From contig RHPI01003599.1 of NCBI GenBank assembly GCA_009103225.1, positions 186,001 to 250,000 on the forward strand: a stretch of 64,000 nt of DNA, written 5' to 3'. The notes under the pieces are model-generated. The model was not told the DNA's origin, searched no databases, and saw only the letters and a program-made list of their open reading frames with translations. The position numbers and the translations under genes were made by a program. The first letter of the stretch is position 1, and each line of letters starts with the position of its first letter. Source of the DNA: Chlorokybus atmophyticus. Its lineage: Eukaryota > Plantae > Mesostigma and Chlorokybus algae. Of this stretch, positions 1-15,636 are shown piece after piece.

Positions 1-147
1 GAAGGTTGTTGCAGAAACGAATGTCTGTTCTCTTGCTTGCACATGCAGCTACAGGCATGGAACATGTGCGCTTGGCTTGCTGCTTGCTGGTTATGTTGAT
101 ACTGCTGCTTTGGGAGTTGAGAGAGCGTGTGCATGCTGTTGCAACAG

Positions 148-2717
148 ATGCCGAGGATCTTCAGCAGTGACGCCGATATAGAGCTTCTGCATGACGCTTT
201 GGAGGCGTTCGTGCGGTGGAGAGATGGCGCAGCAGTTGGTACAATCATCAGCGCCATTGCTGGCTATATGCTTTATGAGGTCCGTTTCTTTTGATGCACA
301 TGCACACAGAAGTACACACAAGCGCGAACCTACGTATGGTTGCAAGCACACAGGCGTGTGTGCGCATACATGCACACACACGCGCCCAACCACATATGCG
401 CACGCGTGCACTTACGTGTTCATGGAGGCTTGTGTGCGTGTGTACAACATGCATGGGACGCTTTATTCTAAGACAAGCAATGCAGCAACTTTCATGTGGC
501 ACGCAAGATTGACATTACACCTTTGCAGTCGTATCGCAAGCGGCGACAGGTAAAGCGAGTTGACGCGGCGCCAGAAGTGACATCAGCCGGGCTTCGGCAA
601 CTGCTCACAACCAGCAGCTCAGGCTCAAGCCCAAGCCAAAGCCCAAGCGCAAGCACAGATGTTGAAGCTGAAAGCACAGAACCTCAGCTTGTGTGCGTGC
701 GGGGAAGCGTGTCCATAAAACCTCCAGGGTAAGTGTTGTGTCAATAGTGTCAACCAACAATCTACTCTAAAACTTGATGACTTTGGCATGCTAACAAGTT
801 GGTTGTTGGTTGCTCTTGGTCACAGCAGCAGTACTGTTCTGGGGAGGTGGCAGGGGCATCCCGTTGAGCCGTTTACCAGCGTTGGGCATTCGTTAACAAA
901 GGGTGCCGTTCAGCAATTGACCGTAAAGGTATGTGAGCGTTGTGTCACACGCGATGTTGTTGCGCGTTCACGAGGCATGTGTAACTTAGCGAGCTGGCAA
1001 ACTGAGCGCCTTGTCGCCTTGTTTTCCGCACACTGCCAGTCAATATACAGAGAGTTCAAGACTTTCGGGGAACGCAAAGAGCTGCTAGAAAGGCATCGTA
1101 AGTCGGTAAGCAACACCCACTACGCTGCTAGACGCAGACAATGATACTGAATTGCATATCCATGAGAAAGTGTAGAGAGAGAGATTGACAGGCAATTTGG
1201 TCGAGTTGTTGATGAGTCATCGTTCATGGCCGTGGCCAGGTGCCGTTTGGACTGCAAGACAGCACAGGTTTCATTGCGCTCGATGAGACCAGCAGGTTCA
1301 TACCCCTGCAACAGACACACGAAACCTACAATTACCTAGAACGCAACCCAGGTGGTGCGTTGCTCTACATTCGTTGTTATGCTGTTACTGCGATGTTGTT
1401 TTGGGCGGTCAAATACAAGGGTTATAATGCAATCCTGACTGTTGCTGTGCGCAGCTGGCGATGTGCTGCGGTACGCCCTGGGGCAAAGAATACTGGTGGG
1501 TTTGTGCATGTTGTGCATGGTGTCTGACAGATCAGCAATCTCAATGCTTGCAGTCAACAGCTTGTTGACACCCGTACAAGAGTTGCCATAATTGTGCTCA
1601 ATGCAAAAATCGCACGCGACATCCATTGTTTCACATTCAAGGCGCGGGCAATGCGATTGCAAGTGTCTTGGCCAGCATATTTCGCCGGCGAGACTCCACC
1701 GCACCATTAATTGCGTGAGGTGGAGTGTCACCAGCCAAGTTTGCTGGCCAAAATAGAATTGCACTTGCGTTGATGGCCTGGGCGATGAGTGCGAAACTCT
1801 GGCTGTTACGTGCCATGTTTTGCATTTAACTCTTGCAAATTTGCCACCATGCCGGTGATTGCAAGCTACAAGTTGATCGATCAGACTTGCACATGCATGC
1901 GTATGTTGTTGTGTACGTGCTTGCGTCCGGACTGATATCCTGAGACTGCGGGAACGTACTCACTCATTGATTGTTCACAGTTGGGGACCGTGCGCACGGA
2001 GCACATGCTCAAGCTGGACACGTGGCTGACGGCGTTGGGAGTGCCGCAGCTGACGGCCGAGGGCTTTGTGATGCTGCGTCCCGACGACGCGCTGCGGCTG
2101 TACCTCACGCCCGAGACCAAGCACGAGCTCGGCCGCCGCCTCGCCTCGGAGTCCCGCACGTGGTTCTATTGTGGTCTCTTCTTCGCTTGCCTTGGAGGAG
2201 GCATCCTCTCGTACGCTGTCGGCAAGTTCATATGGAGGAAATACTTCTTCGCGCGGTGAGCACGCATGTGGTACACGTGATACTCCACATCCATGTTGTT
2301 ACGTGCGATAAGGAGAGGCGACTTACTTTATCTTGGGTAATGTGGCAGGCATCAACTTCGTTCTCGGGGACTTGAGCCCAGACATGATGAGGACGAGGAG
2401 GAGCAGGAGGAGGAGGAGGTTGGTCCTGATGATTCGGTAAGTGTACACCTTTCAAGTAATTGTTGTGATATGTCTTTGTCGTGGTGTAAAAGTATCTCTG
2501 GCTCACACTCATTGTGCAGGTGCCTGCGAGCGCTCTATGCGTGATCTGCTTGACGCGGCGGCGGCGCGTGTGCTTCAACCCGTGCGGTCACAACGTGTGT
2601 TGCATGGCTTGCGCGCGGGCGCTGTTCCAGCAAGACGAGGCCGGGGTCGTTTCCACGCCGTTGTGTCCAATTTGTCGCAGACTAGTTGTTTCCGTTATCC
2701 GCGTCTACAGCTCGTAG
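148..2717 (+). CDS. MUL1/SP1-like membrane-anchored E3 ubiquitin ligase (TM - GIDE-like domain - TM - C3HC4 RING), multi-exon
   Basis: Spliced by eye. It has an N-terminal hydrophobic stretch (AAVGTIISAIAGYMLYE), GIDE-like motifs VPFGLQDSTG (~1222) and RTEHMLKLDTWLTALG (1993), a second TM (WFYCGLFFACLGGGILSYAV) and a terminal RING (CVICLTRRRRVCFNPCGHNVCCMACA..CPICR, ending 2717). The ATG at 148 follows CAG, so the true start may lie upstream. Confidence 0.7.
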
Positions 2718-5700
2718 GCTCAGGGCAGGAAGCGCGTTGGTGTAACCAGTGCGAACTGTTACGTATCTGTACCATGTTGCGCATGTTGCACAAATGAGCC
2801 TTTGCGCAAAAGTGCTGTGGTGTTGTGTTGTGGCGATCTTCCTAGTGCATGTCGCACGGTACCCATCTGTCATCGGTAGCACCAGTAGCTAGAGTTGCCG
2901 GCAAAATGAGTGTGGCGTAGTTTGTCCAATAGGCTGAACATGCATGTAAAATTTAGTTGTCACCTTTTCGAATGGCTAATGACAGTGTACAGAATAAGTG
3001 CGTGGCTGTGTCAAGGGTACGTTTTGCATGCCTTGTGAAGTCAAATGCACAGTCAACGACACATTGGTTATGCATGCAACATAATATGTTATGAATTGAT
3101 CTGACATTTGCAGGCACAGCTGAAGCACATCTGTTGTCATCAACATTCATAGACAAGCAAAGACATCAAGGTAGAGTGTGCGAGACATGTGAGCTAGCGG
3201 GCGGCTGTGGGACGGTGCCTGAACTGACTGGATATATTTATGTGTGGCGTGGTGTTGTGACTGGATGCGTGTGTGAGTGAGCGTGTGCTAGTCTAATACG
3301 ACATCGTGACTATACTAAACTAGTATTATGTAAGTATAGGACGTTTGTGTCAACGCAGTCAACCACTCATTCAGCAAAAAATCGGGATTGGCGTACACAG
3401 CGACTGCCTGGCTAGTGTGATGTCATGCTGACGTGGTAATGGAACATACATGCATGCATGCATGATTAACGGGGTAGCCAAGTAGTGGTAGTTGAGTGCG
3501 TTAGAAGTACCTAGCCCGGTGGTGAAATAGCACTGTGACTGCTGCTGACTGTTGGCTTGCGGCGTGTGCATGACTACATGCATGTCTCATGCTTATGACC
3601 CCTTGCATGCGGTCTTACACTCCATCTTTTGTACATATATGCTATCAATCTAGCATACTATCTCTTATACATTAGCAGCTGTAGCCATAAACATGACAAT
3701 CGATAAAAGGGTAAGCTCCAATATCTTTGTGACGTTCTTATACTTATACTTCTCCTGCTCTGCTTTGGTATATCTAATCGGAACTCCTAGCTTTCAACCT
3801 TACTTGCCTGCTCTCGCGCTGCCCCATGCTTGCATTGCACATCATAATCCAGCCCTACGGGTAAGTAGGCGTTGTTTCATGAAATGCTTGCCTTTTTTGA
3901 AAGCTTGCTTTGATTGCCTTTGCTTTGCTCTGTCTTTACCCTACTCCATGATCTACATATGAATGGATGTGTGAAGTCATGTGAGCAAAGCATTACCCGC
4001 ATGCGCAAATGCGTCTTTGTTACTGCAACTCCGATTCACGCGGGCTTGTTGGGCACCTCAACTGAGGGGTGTACACGGTGTACAGACTGTCCGTGAATCT
4101 GATGCAAGACGCACACTCAAGCACAGTCAAGCACACAGTCCACCAGCATGCACAGAAGCACACAAGCATGCACAGAAGCAGCGCAAGGCAATCTATCACC
4201 ACAGGGGCACGTAACGTAAGTGCTGCAACTACGTGAATGCAACGGGGTGGTGAGGAGCAGGCAGAGTTGTTGGGCAAGCAGACCTGGGCACAGACGCCAG
4301 AGGCCCACGATGAGAACGTGGAGGATGTGGAGGTAGCACAGCAGCAACTGGCAGCAAAGGAGCAGGGCGAGGGCGGGTGTGCAATGTGATGCTGTGCTGA
4401 TGAATGGTGGATGGCGCCGCCACTCTGCTGCTCGGCCGGTCCTGGTCTTGCCGTGCAAGACCCGCGGTTCGCAATCGGCCGCAGGCTGTCACAGGACTCG
4501 CAAGAACTGCAACAGTTAGATTACGACAGAATGAGGGGTGTTGGCACTCAGTCCTGCACCGTCATACAGTCATGTGAGAGCCAGCATGCACAGTCACGCA
4601 CAGTCATGTATTAATGTAGGCATGCATAGTCATGCATCCATGCACAGTCCAGCGCGCCAACATAGAACATGTACATTATGATCATACACTACTTGAAAGT
4701 TTCCCAGAGAGAGAGAGAGAGACAGAGAGAGAGAGAGGGAGAGAGTATTTGTCAACTCAATGCAAGCGCACAGCGAATTAAATGGATTCATCTGATTCGC
4801 TGTGCAGTGCAGTTGATGCTTGTGGCATTATGCCACTCCAACTCCCTAAAAAGTAATTAAGGACTTGAACGCTTGGCATGTGTGTCTGGGCTGTAGCCCT
4901 GGACCAGTGGCCCACTGGTAGGGTTGCAACCCTACAAGTGGTACACCACTGTCACCACTATCACCCTGTACACCACTGCCAGGGGCCTCCTGAAAGCAAA
5001 CCCAGCGCCGAGCGGCCAGGGCAGTGCCTGCTTGGGCGGCGGCGGCGGCGGCGGTGTTGGCGGTGACGGCGGCTCACACAGTTGGAGTCGTCGTCGTCTT
5101 GTGGGTCCGTAAGTTGAAAGAGCCAACAGGCGAGGCTGCTCTTCAGGTACAGCATACGTTGCCTGCATGTCGTGCTGCTCCTGTCGTTGCTGTCGTTGCT
5201 GTTGTTGCTCTCGTCGTCGCTAATGCCACAAGCACTTATTTGCATTAGGCCCAATGTCAGCGTGTAGTGCTTTAGGCAACATGCTGATATGCTTGTCTAG
5301 CTAAGGCAGTATGGCTGCTCCTCCTCTACTACCTGCGGCACAGCTACCGAAGCATTTGCAATTCACTTTAGAGCGGATGCAACAGAGCTTGACGGCATTG
5401 AACGCAGGTGCTGTTTCGCCATTGTTGTGTTGTCGTGTCGTGCGTCGTATTGCGTATAAAATTCCAAAGGATTTATGTGTGTGCACGGCATCGTGCATGA
5501 TCAACTGCCCTCAATCCAGACCTTGTGCAGGTCTAGAAAGGGTGCAACTCCAACTTGGTGACAACCGTGGACGAGTTGAGGACCGAAGTGCGACGCACTG
5601 CACACAACAGCCAGTGTTTCGCACTGAACGCGCGGGCCCTCAATGAAAGCGCCAATATATCTTGGCAGCTGAGCTCTAACGGCCAGACTCCACTCTCAAG

Positions 5701-5854
5701 CACCCAACACTGTTGAATTGTTGTATGAAGCAAGCATTACGGAATGACTCCTGTTGCAATTCTACAAACTGGACTTGAAACTGGCGCCAACTGCATCGCC
5801 GTGATCTACTGCGCAACCTCGGTATGCAGTAGTCGGTTGATGTCAGTGTAGTGT

Positions 5855-6135
5855 AACACCTTCCACCCTTTGGCGGCGGAGACGCACGGGACGTTGGGCC
5901 AAGCTTTCCATGACCGTCATTAACACGAGCGCTAGCGGCTCGTGACATGCCGCTGAGCAGCAGACTGCCGGGCTACCTCGCCCTGTAGCAGGCATGCGCG
6001 CTGCAGCGTGCGCAAGGCCTGACCATCCTGGAGTGAGGAGCGGCGGCCGTGGCAGCTGTGCCGGGCCGGGGGGAGCACCTTCCACGTCTGCCCCGACGGC
6101 GGCAGAGGACGCTTTGCTGGCGGCTGCTGCCGTGC
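5855..6135 (+). mobile_element. Decayed 3' fragment of a CRE-like (RLE-endonuclease) non-LTR retrotransposon
   Basis: Reads FHPLAAETHGTLG, then after a frameshift ALAARDMPLSSRLPGYLAL*QACALQRAQGLTILE*. These match the typical C-terminal RLE motifs (P..ExxG; xRxSxALQRxNA-like). It is homologous to 54270-54500. Confidence 0.6.
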
Positions 6136-6732
6136 AGTGTGTACGCGGTATGTATGCAGTGTACAGAATATGCACCTGATGTATGTGTACGTGGTGCGTT
6201 CGGACAGTCATGGTGAACAGTACATAGCAAGACTTCGCACGTTCTGTATTAGTATCGAGAGAGTGTAGCGTAGCATAGGAGTTTCTTAGGGTGTTTCGCT
6301 TTTTCTTTTGTGGCATCAGTGATCATTTCAAGTTTATCCAAACACATCTGCTGATTGACAGTGTTGTGAGAGGCATCGGTTGAGAATGCTGAGTCGGCAT
6401 GTAAGAGTGAAGCTTTGGTTAGGAGCTGAGGCAGCATGCGGGAGCTACTATTGTAACGCAGCTTGTTTGATTAGTTAGTTGTAAGTAGTTAGTACTACCA
6501 TTGCGCAGCTGCAGCACTCTCAAGTGTGACATGCAACGACAGTGCACTTACATAATCCAATTGCCTTTCCTTTGCATTGCTTGTGTGTGAAGTGTCTACG
6601 CTGCACAACCACCGCAAACCTGGGTTGCAACCTTGGCGATAGTTCGGCCGGTGTGACTGTTGCAGGCCAATATTGTGCGCGATCAGTTACACCAACAGAC
6701 ATGGCATTGCGTACGCGAGCATCAAAGACACA

Positions 6733-8814
<2,082 letters not shown>

Positions 8815-8978
8815 CCCAAACCTCCTGCGCCGCCGCCGCCGCCAACGATAACAACACCACCAGCACCACTGTCGATGTCAGCCCTAACCTCAGCTTTGTG
8901 CATGCGGCGGCGGAGGAGGCGGAGGCGGAGGCGGAGGCGAAGGCGGAGGAGCAGGGGCGAGGTAGGGGTACGTCCTGC

Positions 8979-10295
8979 ATGTCGTGGGTGAGGAGGTTGA
9001 GGAGGTTGCCCGGGAGGGTGGTGCACGAGGTCCGCGAGGCGGCGGCGCCGTCTTCACTGCCAGACCCGCCCGAGTACGTGGATCACGACAAGGAGCTGCG
9101 GCGGCGGTTTAACACAGCTCAGCGCCTGCGACTTTACTTCCAAGTATAAAATCCTGACGTTTTGTTGTTTGCGCTTTGCATCACAGCTTTGTACACAACA
9201 ATCAGTCAGTGACTTGTGCATTGGAGTATTGGTTGACTGCAAGCTTGAGCGCATGCTTGTCTCTTTCACGCATTGTGACGCAGTAGCATTTGTTGTAAGC
9301 AATGAAGCCTCGACTGCATGAGCATCGACTGCACTCTTGCTGTGATACCACACCTCTTAAGCATGCGCCAAGCTCAAGTGTTGCTCTGCGCTGCGCATCT
9401 GCCTCATGCACCCGCGTGCACGTGTATTAAGCTTATTGTTGTGAAACATGAAGTCATCTTGAACAAACGAAACGAAAATGATCACAACACAGGTCTGGCG
9501 TGAGTCATTCAAGATGTATGCAGACTCGTGGAAGCCAGCACCGCGGGTCCAACGCGGTGAAGGCGAGAGCGACTCGTGTGATAGAGCTTCGGTGTCCGGT
9601 ACAGATGGAGGAGCCACAAAGCAAGAGCTGGCGGATGAGCTTGGTACGTGCAACCGTGGCAACGTTGTGTGAGTTTTACTGTCGTGCAAGGAGTTCAATG
9701 GCTACGGAAATGATTGGCATGCGGTCGTAAAAGGATGCGTACACACATGCCCATACCCTTGCGCACATGCGTACACGTGAATGCACCCAGGCAGACGCAT
9801 GATCGCACACAGTCGTGACAGGAAGCATACATCTGCATGATGCTTGCTTGCAACCACATCTCCACGCTGAGGGAATGCCATGCGCTTGTCGATTTCCCAT
9901 GTTTGTCCTTCCTGCATGCATACGTACATTTGGTCCTGTGTGTCACAACACTCTCAGTGCTGTGCCACACACGCGCGCATGCATATGCTATGGCCTTGTT
10001 GAGCAAAAGCGCTTGTGCAGCTGCTGCAGCCAAAGCCGGCGCGCGCGGCATCAAGCCTCTGCTGCAGTCTCTTTACTACACGCGAGCGACTGCATACCGC
10101 GACGCCGTCAAGAGCTTTGTCTCCGGCTACCACGAGGGCTTCGCTGAGGGGGTGAAGGGGGAACCACTGTGGAGCACAACAACAACATCAGCAACAGCAG
10201 GGAAGGAGGAGAAGCAGGAGAAGGAGTCTTCTCATGACGAGCAGCCACTTGCTGGTACAAGGAGACAAGGCGATGCAGAGTCAACAGCCAAGTGA
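8979..10295 (+). CDS. Small conserved plant-type protein (3 exons), probably organelle-targeted; resembles the EMB2735-like family from memory
   Basis: The in-phase exons are MSWVRRLRRLP..RLRLYFQ / VWRESFKMYADSW..ELADEL / AAAAKAGARGIKPLLQSLYYTRATAYRDAVKSFVSGYHEGF. The last motif recalls a conserved plant motif (AARGG..L.P.LQ..Y.TRA.AY.DA..SF..GY.EG). The family name is unverified. Confidence 0.65.
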
Positions 10296-11011
10296 TGTTG
10301 TTAGGTGAACCTTGAATGTGTTGTTCCTGCACATCAGCAGTGGCCTGCAGAGACGATCACGATGGCACAGACGCACTTCTCCGGCCAACAAGCAGGTCAG
10401 TTGCCTTGTTGACAGCGCGTGTCATGCACAGGCACTGGTTGGGACAATTGCGTTGCGGGGGTTGTGTTTTTGTAAAGGGTGTATGTGTCATGGTTGTTGA
10501 TTGTGCACACGTGAAGGTTTGACATAGGATGATATCATGGGCATTGCAGGAAAGCGCCGGTGCAAGTGAGTATCAAGTCGCAGCATCTTGAATAGTAGGT
10601 CAAATCAGCGCGTAGTGGTGAAGGAATCGATCCCCACTTGGTTGAGAAGCCCATGGAGGTGTGTTTTGGGCCGCTCGTGAAGAGAATGGGTTCACCAACT
10701 ACTCGAAAAGTCTTCATCGCAGCGCGTGATGGCAATGAACATGTCGGAAGCTGTAGGTTATGCATAGTTGATATAGGTGGACACAATTGCGTGCTTTGGC
10801 AATTGTGACTTTGATTGGTTAGTTGCACAGGAAGTCGTCTTTGCAATTGTTACCATCACTATCTTTCAAGGGACTGCCAATCTCAAGGTTGGTTGATTCA
10901 TGTTGCAATCTGCCCTGGCCTGTGCGTCATGAGCAGCGCAATGCACCAGTGATGGCATCCGCTTGCAACGAGCTCATCTGAGTGTGCACGGAATAGACCA
11001 ACCAGCCCCCA

Positions 11012-14000
11012 TTATACAACACCATCTGTCCCGACATTGGCAATAGTATCAGGACTAGCAACAATTCCCGAGGACGCATGAAGCGAGCAGCGGCCCCACG
11101 AGAAGCCCAACCGCGCAAGCGCATCGCGACGCTCGGGCTTCAGTTGTCCCAGCAAAGCCGCTTTGCGCTGCGCGCGAAACCACTGCGCATATGCATACAC
11201 GTATAAGACGTTGGAAAATAGTAGCTCAGCTACCATGAAATAACAAAACACTCGCCAATGCGCACAACATGTATGACTAAGCAATGCGCAACTTGATGCA
11301 ACCCTGACCTTTGCCAACAGCACTGGATCCACATCATCACTAACGCTGGCCAAGCTGCAAAACAGCAACAGGAGTTACTAACATCCACAGACCAGTTGTC
11401 ACAACCGGTACGTACACTTTGGCTCATAAGACTCGACCACAGTAAGTGTGTCACACCTGGTATCAAACCCGCCGTCACCTTCCGGCACATGGGAATGCTG
11501 TTGCTGCTGCTGCTGCTGCTGCTGCTCAGCAAGGTTTGAATGTGGGGTTTCATCCACGACAGAAACCCGTATCAATGTGGACGATGGTGGTGAGGGCAGC
11601 CCGCGTAGACCGTCATGCACCTGTTTGGCCAAACCACAACATTGCACCCGGCTGCAAACCCAAGCATAAGCACGCTCCCCGCCAACAACTCCCGCACGCG
11701 CGCACACGTGCGCGCGCAACACACCTCAAGAGCAATGAACACCGGCAAGAAGCCCCTTGTCCGGATGAGCTCGTGCAAGGCCCGGTACCGCCTGAGCCAT
11801 GTATCCTCCTCCACATCCCACACAAACCCAATCATGTTCAGCCGGCGCCACCTGTCTCTAGGCATCTGATTGCATCACAGTCTGCAGTCAATAGCATGTG
11901 GATGGCATAGGCAGCATGGAAAACACTTGACACTCACTCCCTACCTTTTTGGCTTTGTACAGCTGCCGCTGCGTGTACACCCACTGGCCCAGGTTGGGCG
12001 GGAACGGTCCGCGGAGGTGCCCAGCAGCTTGCTTCCACTCACGCAGCGCCGTGTACCTGATAGTAGTAACCATGCAATGTGTACTGTTCGGCGCACAAGA
12101 CAACAACACATACCACACCCACCCACACACTCACGTGCGCGCGCGCACGCACACACATACATGCGCATACACACCTTTCGTCCCAAGTCCGATCCTGTGG
12201 CTGCCAGACGAACCCGAGTTGGTTGAGCTGTCGTACACAGGACTCGTTGAGCCAGCTGTCGTCACCTTCCCTGTACGCCCTCCTCATGCTCTCAACCTGA
12301 AAGCACATCAAGAAGTCACAACTGGCACTGGCACTGGCACTCGCACTCACCCGATCAGCACGTACCCATGTCGCAAGCGCCTTGTTGTGTTGCCAGTTTT
12401 TCGGGACATTGCAGTCTCCAAACTGCTCCTTGTACATCGCCAGCTGTACAATACGCCTCTCCCACTGCTCATCCTGCCGACATAACAAACTCGTGACCAT
12501 TATTATACCCACGCACACCCACTCAAACACGCACACACGCAGGTGCGAACGCACACACATGTGCACATGCATGCACCCACCTATACAACACTAATTGCAT
12601 GACAACCTCATGCTAGCTGTAAATAGCTGAAGGAGCGTTGACTTTAGCAGAAATCTTGCAACATCCGCATGTGGAAGCACACACGCATGCACGCGCGCAG
12701 GCACATATCCCTATGACAGTCTTCGTTCTTACCTGCCAGCGGAATTGAAACTGCAGGCCTGCTAGCCTTCTCACCCGATCATCCGGTAGCTGACCAGTCT
12801 GTGACAACATGAGACACATGAGACTTGAATGAGTGATTATGGCTAGATGCAGCCACACGGGCAGTTCTGGACAGCGTGTTGCCACAACAAGGAGGAGAGC
12901 AACACTGTCACCTTGTAGAGGTAGCGTTGTTTGACGACCCATTTGCCGAGCTCGGGGTCATCGACGTAGTGCATGGGGACGTTAGCGTGGGCGGCGGCAG
13001 TGTGGAACTCTGCAAGCTTCAGAAACATCCGCTGCCACTGCCGCTCGTGCACATCCCATGTCACACCCGCCTCCATTAGCACGTCATAGCGTGCCTTCTC
13101 CAATGTACCCTGTGTTTGAGTATGGCAACAGTAAAGTCAACAGCATGAATACTTGTGGCAGTGTTGGCGATTCTCGCATAGGCTCATTGTGTGTACATAA
13201 TGTAACCATCTGCATGCACCCGTGCGCATATAGGTGCATGTGCGTATGCGTGCGCGCATGTGCACTGGCATGCACGTGTGTGTATGCGCATGCAGGTGCA
13301 TGTGCATGCGCATTTACGTGTACGTATCGGTAACAATATGTACACACAAGCAACTCAAACCTCTTTCCAGGCGAGGCGTTGGCGCGCGAGCCATCTGCCG
13401 AGGCCGTTGGGCTGGTTGAACGGCACATCACAGTGGCCATGCCTGTCCTTAAACGCTTGCAATTCATGCAACCTAACTTCCCAAGCAGGCCGCCTATACA
13501 GCGGCCGCTTCTTCACCAGTTTCGGTGACGCTCTCCTATGGGTGACATGCTCGTATGTCGTCGGAGTTGTGGAGGATTGTGCAGAATATGGTGTCTTTGC
13601 TGAGATACTTGTTGCGGGTTCAGTACCCGTTTTGTCTTCATCTTCAAAGCGCTCGTGGCCCGGGCCAATCCATGGCACAGAGTGATTTGGGCCAACCCAG
13701 CTGGGGCCGTAAACTGAATATCGCTTGTCTCGGGAGGGTGATTGAGCAACAGATGGGTTGTATATGCTCGTGGAAGGAGCGTCCTCGGCCCCAATATCGG
13801 TCGCTTGACGGTTATTGCGCTTTTCTCTGCTGCTTGCAGCTGCTGTTGTGGCAAAATGAGCCAACCTGCAAAGGCATGCAGTGGGGAGGGTTGCCACTTA
13901 CTGTGGCGCTGCTAGCAAACCAAGCAGTTATGCCAATTCATGTGAAGTGTACATTTATGTACTCTTTCAACAGCATGGCATGGACCAGACAGGCAAGATA

Positions 14001-14399
14001 GAAAGGTCACTTCAACTTAGTTCAGTCTGAGCAACAATTGAACTGTCGCAGTAAACAATCAGTGGCTGAGGAGCAACTGGCAAGGCAAAGACGTCGTCCA
14101 AAGTGCTGTTTGCGTTCACACGCCATACTCTCAGCTTACAACATGCTATGTGCAATCGCCATATACGCCATATACGGACAGTAACAAACCCATCTTCAAC
14201 CTGCAGTGCATGACGGTAGTTGCAAACTCTTCTTGGCCTACCTTCTTGGGCGCCGCTCCCGCAAGCCACTACCGGCCGCAAGCTGGCGCTCGCCGGGAAG
14301 AGCTGCCGGAGGTTGAGGAAGGCGGCCACGCCGACGATGAGCGGAAGAAGGAGAAGGAGGACAAGGAGCAGGCGGAAGCAGCAGCAGAAGCGCTTGCAT
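11012..14399 (-). CDS. Multi-repeat helicase-associated (HA, PF03457-like) domain protein with transit-peptide-like N-terminus and no helicase domain
   Basis: There are about 5-6 HA repeats, e.g. WEVRLHELQAFKDRHGHCDVP..LGRWLARQR; WQRMFLKLAEF..ELGKWVVKQR; WERRIVQLAMYKEQFGDCNVP..LGFVW; WFRAQRK..GQLKPERRDALARLGFSW. The start MQALLLLL at 14399 is supported by the same ATG context in the duplicate at 32297. Confidence 0.8.
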
Positions 14400-15225
14400 G
14401 AGCGAGCTCTGCCGCTCCCACTCCTTCCCAGATGGTGACTGGGACGATTAACACAAGTCAGCAATACCACTGGCAATGCCACCGCTCATGCCACCGCTCC
14501 GCCGCCCCACCACCAATTGCCAGCCGCTGTCGCAGCAGTCGCCATGCACGACTCCACGACTCCAGGGCGCGGTTCGCTATAAGCATAGCATGGCAGTCGT
14601 CAGACAACATGAATTGAAACCGACGCATTGTTATGTCTAACGCAGTTTTGGCTTGGCAAGTTGTCGAACCAATGGCAACAGTTGTTGAACTTGAGCCAGC
14701 AAGCAAAGAAGAAGATCTTGCACACACTTTGACTTGAATGTCTTGTTTTGGTGTGCACATGGTCAGGGATATCTGCGCTAGGCTAGTGCAGCTTGCAAGC
14801 CTCGCGAGGCTGACGCGCGAGGCTGACGCAGTCGGCAGGGGCCCGTAATTGTTAACAGAAAAGTCGGACCCTAAGAGCCCCGGTGATTAACCGGAATTTA
14901 CATCAACCTCCTCCGCGTTACCATCAGAGGCCCCAATAACAATACTAACATGAAAATGCTGTAAACATCATTTTTCATGTTAGTATTGTTATTGACATAT
15001 GTCTGGTGCTCATGGCTCCATTACTCTACCACATACATCAACACCGACTGCCGTATTTGTGCGTACCATAAACTTGCTTATTTGCATGATCCTCCCACCC
15101 TGTTTTTTGAGGGGTTTTGTATTCGGCTAAGTTATGAAAGTCAGCTAATGTCAGCGTAATTTGCGCCTGGTAAGTTATTTCCCGTAAGGCAATCAGCCTC
15201 GTATGACATTTGTGACGGCTTGTAA

Positions 15226-15636
<411 letters not shown>

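Noticed and set aside
4230-4620. Short acidic plus-strand ORF (MQRGGEEQAELLGK..) and neighbours
   Set aside because: There is no consistent splice chain or homology, so a gene cannot be supported.
14835-14935. CAGGGGCCC..GGCCCC as a mini-transposon before the (CT)n
   Set aside because: The inverted match is only ~6 bp and there is no TSD.
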